DNA from: Lingula anatina
Lineage: Eukaryota > Animalia > Brachiopoda
Length of the DNA: 64,000 nucleotides
Assembly (NCBI GenBank): GCA_051362555.1
Contig: CM120648.1
Location: forward strand, 3,840,587-3,904,586
Reading direction: 5' to 3'
Of this stretch, positions 25,405-64,000 are shown piece by piece (position 1 is the first letter of the stretch; each line of letters opens with the position of its first letter). Under the pieces are notes generated by a model. That model was not told the DNA's origin. It worked only from the letters and a program-made list of their open reading frames with translations, and searched no databases. Position numbers and translations under genes: made by a program.

Positions 25405-25589
25405 GAGCACATTCAGAACAGCCGACTAACAGATCCGCGGATCAAATATAGTCGACCCACTTGAACGCTTGTTGCGTTATCCCCTTTGGGAATCTATTAT
25501 GTGTCTAATTTGGAATTAAGCGGCTAGCTTTTTAGTGAGTCGCCATATTTTATCCGCGGATATGTTAGTACGCTGTTCTGAATACGCTC
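25405..25589. mobile_element. MITE with GAGC(A/G)(C/T)ATTC ends (Harbinger-like)
   Basis: gagcacattcagaacagc..actaaca.atccgcggat pairs with atccgcggatatgttagtacgctgttctgaatacgctc; flanked by ATA and TTA. Confidence 0.75.
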
Positions 25590-26632
25590 TTAGACCAAAA
25601 GATGGGGAACTACACAGTCCGTAAAATACCCTTAATCTAGCTACCAGAGAATTACTTTAATTCTATTATGTCTACATCTACAGTATTATATGCACTGTAT
25701 GTAACCGCTTGATCAAACAGGTTTTCAGCAGGTATATGTAGCTACCATCATGTTTGGACAAGATAACTGACAGCAGAAGCAAGCGTGAATAAAACGTACA
25801 GAGCAAAAAAACGATTTTGTCTGCTAATGCATACACTGATCGTGGAAAAAAGGGTAAAAAAGACCGATAACGGAAATGAAACCCGGCAAATAAGTTGATA
25901 CTTAATAAAAATGAAAACATTTCAAAAATCAAAGAGAAGTACAACGAAGAACATCAGTGTACATGTAGAGACTGTCCCTTTCAGTTATGATTTGATAATA
26001 CGTCATTCTTGGTTGCTTTGAATTAACAACACCTATATAGACGTAATGATCAGTAAAAAGCGCTGGCACATGCTTCAAATTCAGTGTAACATCAAACGTA
26101 AATCATCAACAGAAGTCGTGATAGATTACAGCATGTGTTACCGAAATTCGGGTTATATTCATTAACAAAGCAATATTATTACCATTATCATGGCCATTTT
26201 TTACTCACACCCTGAGGTTCATATCTAGTTGAGAACCACGTCCCGGCATTGGCATGCTTCTGCCGTCACTGGAAGCGGCTCTATAATATAGGTATATAGG
26301 CCTACTCAGGGTGATAACGACAAACAAGATGCTGATACTGGGCGTTGTTTCCAGTACAGGAGCAAAATGGAAATGCCTTTTTTTAAATGGTGAATAGCTG
26401 TTTGATGTGTGCATTGTTGGATATTTGCTGCAGCACCGTCAAATTCTTTTCGGCCACAAGCCCTGGAGAATTTTTAAAGTGATAAAATTGCTGAATGACT
26501 TTTTAAAGCAATAACATAGGCCTATGACGATATGAAGATAAGCAACATATGTTTAATTAACCAATTTTAACAAACAAACCATAACACATCGAAATCGATG
26601 AAATCAAGTCAGATGTGTCATTTCAACAAGCT

Positions 26633-27841
26633 TTAATAAACCCAGTCTTCCGCTTTCTCTAGTATAATTTCTCGATCTGATTCAGGATTGCCAACATATT
26701 TTACAACAGGTTGTGGGGCTTGAAAAACCTGTCCGCCTCCTGTGCATGCATTTTTCTTGTCCACATATCCTCTCTTAACCAAATTCCAGACGATTGGATC
26801 GGGAACTCGATGTATGACCAACGCCGTTAGCAGACGACACCTATCACGCGCCAAATCCACAAATCCTAATTTGGTAGCTTCCCAAAACTTTGTATTGTTG
26901 TCCAACCGGATTCCTTTTTCAGTTGCTATTGACGACATGAATGGAGCCTCTGTGTGGAGGCGCTTTGAAAGCGAGGCTGAGTGAAGGAGGCGCACAGTGT
27001 CAAGAGAGAGAAGGGAGGCGAAGCTTGCAATGTGGGGCGCAAAATTTGGTGCATTTGGATCCCAATCAGGCTCTAGCCACGCGTTTCTCGTCGGTTCCTG
27101 TCGTAGCAGTCCGCTGAAAAGATGCGTTGAATTACCAACTACAGATAGATTAGAAAGGTACTGCACGATCTCAGGGTAGTTTGCAATGACATCATGTCCG
27201 CACTTCAGAACGAATCTCGCTCCGGGGCAATACTCAAACGCCCAACGAAACGCCAGAAGCGTTTTAAGGGTGAGATTTCCCTTGGAATCCACAAACCCTA
27301 CCTTGACAACGTCACCAAACCGAAGAGCTTCATTGGCGATGTCATTTTCCGTTCCTGGTTGTTCCCCTACGAAAAACACCGTTTTTGTCTCCTGAAAGGC
27401 GTGCGTCTTAATACTCCCACAAGTCCTTCGGTACATGGACCTTCCGTAATAATCCCACGGCTCGGAGACCACCAGTGCCAGGAGATACGGCGGGGCTTTC
27501 GGGTCACACAATGGTCGGTTGATGACGTAGTCGTATTTCTTAAGGTGGTACCAACGGCGAGGCTCCGTTGCCTCCTTACTGGCACACACGTGCTCGGGGA
27601 GCATGCAACTGTTGGAGGAGCTGGAGTTTGTGTCAGGGGCAATAACAAGTGCGCTTTGGGCGACCAAAGAACGGCCTTTTGTACGGACCAAGTCAACACT
27701 ATAAGCTTCCCTGATTTCCCTACGGGCTACGCTCAGAGCGAAGAATACCCATGCGCAAAGCAAAAGCAAACTTAGACGCACTGCTGATATCTTTGGCAGA
27801 ACTCGCCTGAGCAAGAATGTTCTAAATCGCCTGGCCATCAT
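26633..27841 (-). CDS. Intronless GT31 beta-1,3-galactosyltransferase-like type II membrane protein, 402 aa, with degenerate catalytic motifs
   Basis: Basic N-tail plus one TM helix (LSLLLLCAWVFFALSV). GT31 blocks YLLALVVS, VFFVG, EALRFGDVVKVGFVD, NLTLKTLLAFRWAFEYCPGARFVLK. Uninterrupted ORF. Confidence 0.85.
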   Translation of the reverse strand: MMARRFRTFLLRRVLPKISAVRLSLLLLCAWVFFALSVARREIREAYSVDLVRTKGRSLVAQSALVIAPDTNSSSSNSCMLPEHVCASKEATEPRRWYHLKKYDYVINRPLCDPKAPPYLLALVVSEPWDYYGRSMYRRTCGSIKTHAFQETKTVFFVGEQPGTENDIANEALRFGDVVKVGFVDSKGNLTLKTLLAFRWAFEYCPGARFVLKCGHDVIANYPEIVQYLSNLSVVGNSTHLFSGLLRQEPTRNAWLEPDWDPNAPNFAPHIASFASLLSLDTVRLLHSASLSKRLHTEAPFMSSIATEKGIRLDNNTKFWEATKLGFVDLARDRCRLLTALVIHRVPDPIVWNLVKRGYVDKKNACTGGGQVFQAPQPVVKYVGNPESDREIILEKAEDWVY

Positions 27842-29052
27842 TTTTAACTATTTCAACGGGGTGAGTGTCCGCGTTTCCTTTCAGAATTCCAAGTGAAAAC
27901 TTCAGCCCAACTGAGTTCTTCCCTCGCCTTCAAATTGGGTAATCCCAGCAATTTTTCTTTCTCTTATCACTGCCGAATCTCAGCTTAAAATAGGGCACCT
28001 TTCAACTGTCAAAAACACCAACTTTTCAGGTTGAAAATAAATTATAAACGTGTACTGGCCCCTAGAGAGGACCTGGTGTAGTTAAATCTCCATGCCAGCG
28101 CCACGAGGAATCACTACCACCACGAGCAGAGACGACGCCCACTGTGCCTAGTTACGGACAGTTCATTATCTATGGCTCGGGTAGGTTGGCGCCTAGGAGA
28201 TATGGTTTCGGTTTTCTGCTTAATAGTTCGTTAAAATCAGGGTAAAAAATTATGTGATTTAAAAGATGGTTCAGGATTTTAAAATGATGCCAGTAGTAAA
28301 GATTGGGTAGTTAGGGAAGTTTCCCAGTTGATTTTTTCCCATCGGGTACCAGCCTGTGGCGAAAATAATGAAAGGTCCCACTGCGAATTGGTTTCACTGA
28401 CTAAACATGAAGTCCTGAGAACAGTTCTCTCGCCCAGCGTGTGAAAACAATGCTTGCACATGTAATCAATGAAGAAAGGGGGAGTCCAAGCCCTGATGCG
28501 ACGTAACTAGAGGTCCGTGTATAAAACAATCCGCCCTGTTTCAGTTAGGGTAACCGTGACCACTGGGTACAAACTTTGTTTGAAGTCTTCCTATACAAAT
28601 GAATGGGAACCGGTGTAACGAAACTGAGGGTCCACGTAACAGAAAGTCTTAGTTATAATAGAGTTAGCCTGACCTACGTGGGACAAAATCTAGGGCGAGG
28701 CTTACCTGTACAAATGAATGGGAAGCGGACTGTCACGTTTCACCGGACACCGTATTTCAGCGGACCCTCAGTCGCGTCACGGTTCTCAAAATTCAAGATC
28801 ATTGCAATTAACAGACAAAAACGTATTATTAAAGCCAATGGCGATATTTATTGAGCAAATTGACAAGCCATCAGATGCTCTGGTCAGTACTGGGTGCAAT
28901 AGGAACATTTTTATTATTATAATTTATTATGAGAAAACCGCAAAGCAATTAAAAGTCAACAATAAATCTGATCTCGATCAGCATATCTTATTCGTCAGTT
29001 CATTCCATTTATCCTTCCAATTCCTACAACGATGTGCTGTGACTTAACGGTT

Positions 29053-29058
29053 TTTATT
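29053..29058 (-). terminator. Candidate mTOR polyadenylation signal AATAAA
   Basis: AATAAA on the - strand about 570 nt downstream of the mTOR stop codon. Confidence 0.35.
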
Positions 29059-29625
29059 AACAATGCCTTTATATATGAAATGTTTTCTTGACTAGAAATT
29101 CACGCTTTACATATTCAGTTCATAGAATGAAACATAAATGTACTTCATCCTTACATTTTTACAATAAATATTGTTTATCGTCCCAATCACAATCAAGACT
29201 ACCTTCTTGTCGGTATTTGAAACACTGACAAACTTTTCACAGATGTAAGCACATTTTCCTCAGGAGTACCAACTGAAAGCACCTGAATGCAAAATTGAAT
29301 CTATCAGCAGAGAAAAAATGCACTGATTCTCATTAACTTGCTATCGCTTATTTTGAAATATGCCTTTTTGTTTTACTCTCCTTGTGCCATCACTAAAACT
29401 CATTACAATTAATCATTTGGTTTTACTTGATCAAATTCTAGTTTTGAAAAATACAATTAAGTATACTTAAGCCAATTAGGATAATTAAATCAGACTGAAT
29501 TTATGGGTGAAAATTGAACAGTTGACAATGGCACACTAGCTGACTCAGAGGCAATAGAGTCCAACGTTGTTGATGCATGGTTACTGAATGTGTAGTGAAA
29601 TGTCTGTGTTCACCCACGTGCTAGT

Positions 29626-63527
<33,902 letters not shown>

Positions 63528-64000
63528 CTGAAATTAGTTATTTAATGTATAATGTTATATATAAGCAAATAAATATACTGGGAGTATATATACACATAGT
63601 ATAACATATTATTGCCCGTAATTATTTATATATTTTGACTTATTAAAAAATAAATCTATCCGGTTATTTTTTTACCATGAATGATTATTCACCAAATCAA
63701 GTTATGTGTTATGAGGACAAATCTGAATTAAGTTTTGATGCATTTATTTTGAGGTCAGAGATGAAAGTGGACCTTTTAAAAAATCTTGAAAAATGTAAGC
63801 ACTGAAGTTGTGCAGTTCTAAACAGGGATTTAATAACAAAACTAAAAAAATTACTCAACATCCAGATTCTGAATAAACCCAGAAGACCTTAATCTCAAAA
63901 ACAGAGAAAATCATGTCTGACTATACCCACCCCGCACATGGTATTTTTAAATTTTTACCGAGCAACTGCAGGCTTTTAACTTTTAAGGGATCTAAAAGGT

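Noticed and set aside
27194-27775. 193-aa + strand ORF and other ORFs overlapping the GT31 gene
   Set aside because: Antisense or alternate-frame shadows of a GC-richer coding region, with no recognisable motifs.

Overview
Eukaryotic, AT-rich, repeat-rich genomic DNA from an animal, probably a marine invertebrate (lophotrochozoan-like, inferred only from gene content and repeat style). No prokaryotic features are present. I assembled gene models by hand from GT-AG junctions and reading-frame continuity. (1) A head-to-head pair of Nodulin-like/NFD4/MCH1-type MFS transporter paralogs: one partial on the - strand, one complete 3-exon gene of 474 aa on the + strand. (2) A 9-exon, 450-aa CARD-caspase on the - strand with an intact ORF but a dismantled active site (SHG->GYG, QACRG->QTCVD, no SWR arginine) and an Asp-AVPT sequence resembling an IAP-binding motif. 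(3) A 5-exon secreted PAN/apple plus fibrinogen-related protein with a degenerate Ca2+ loop. (4) An intronless GT31 beta-1,3-galactosyltransferase-like ORF lacking the DxD and EDV motifs. (5) 54 coding exons of mTOR on the - strand (5' end outside the window). Many mTOR introns carry local duplications of their own splice junctions, plus DNA-transposon relics and satellites. The strongest candidates for something new are the CARD pseudo-caspase, the pseudo-glycosyltransferase and the splice-junction duplication pattern in mTOR.
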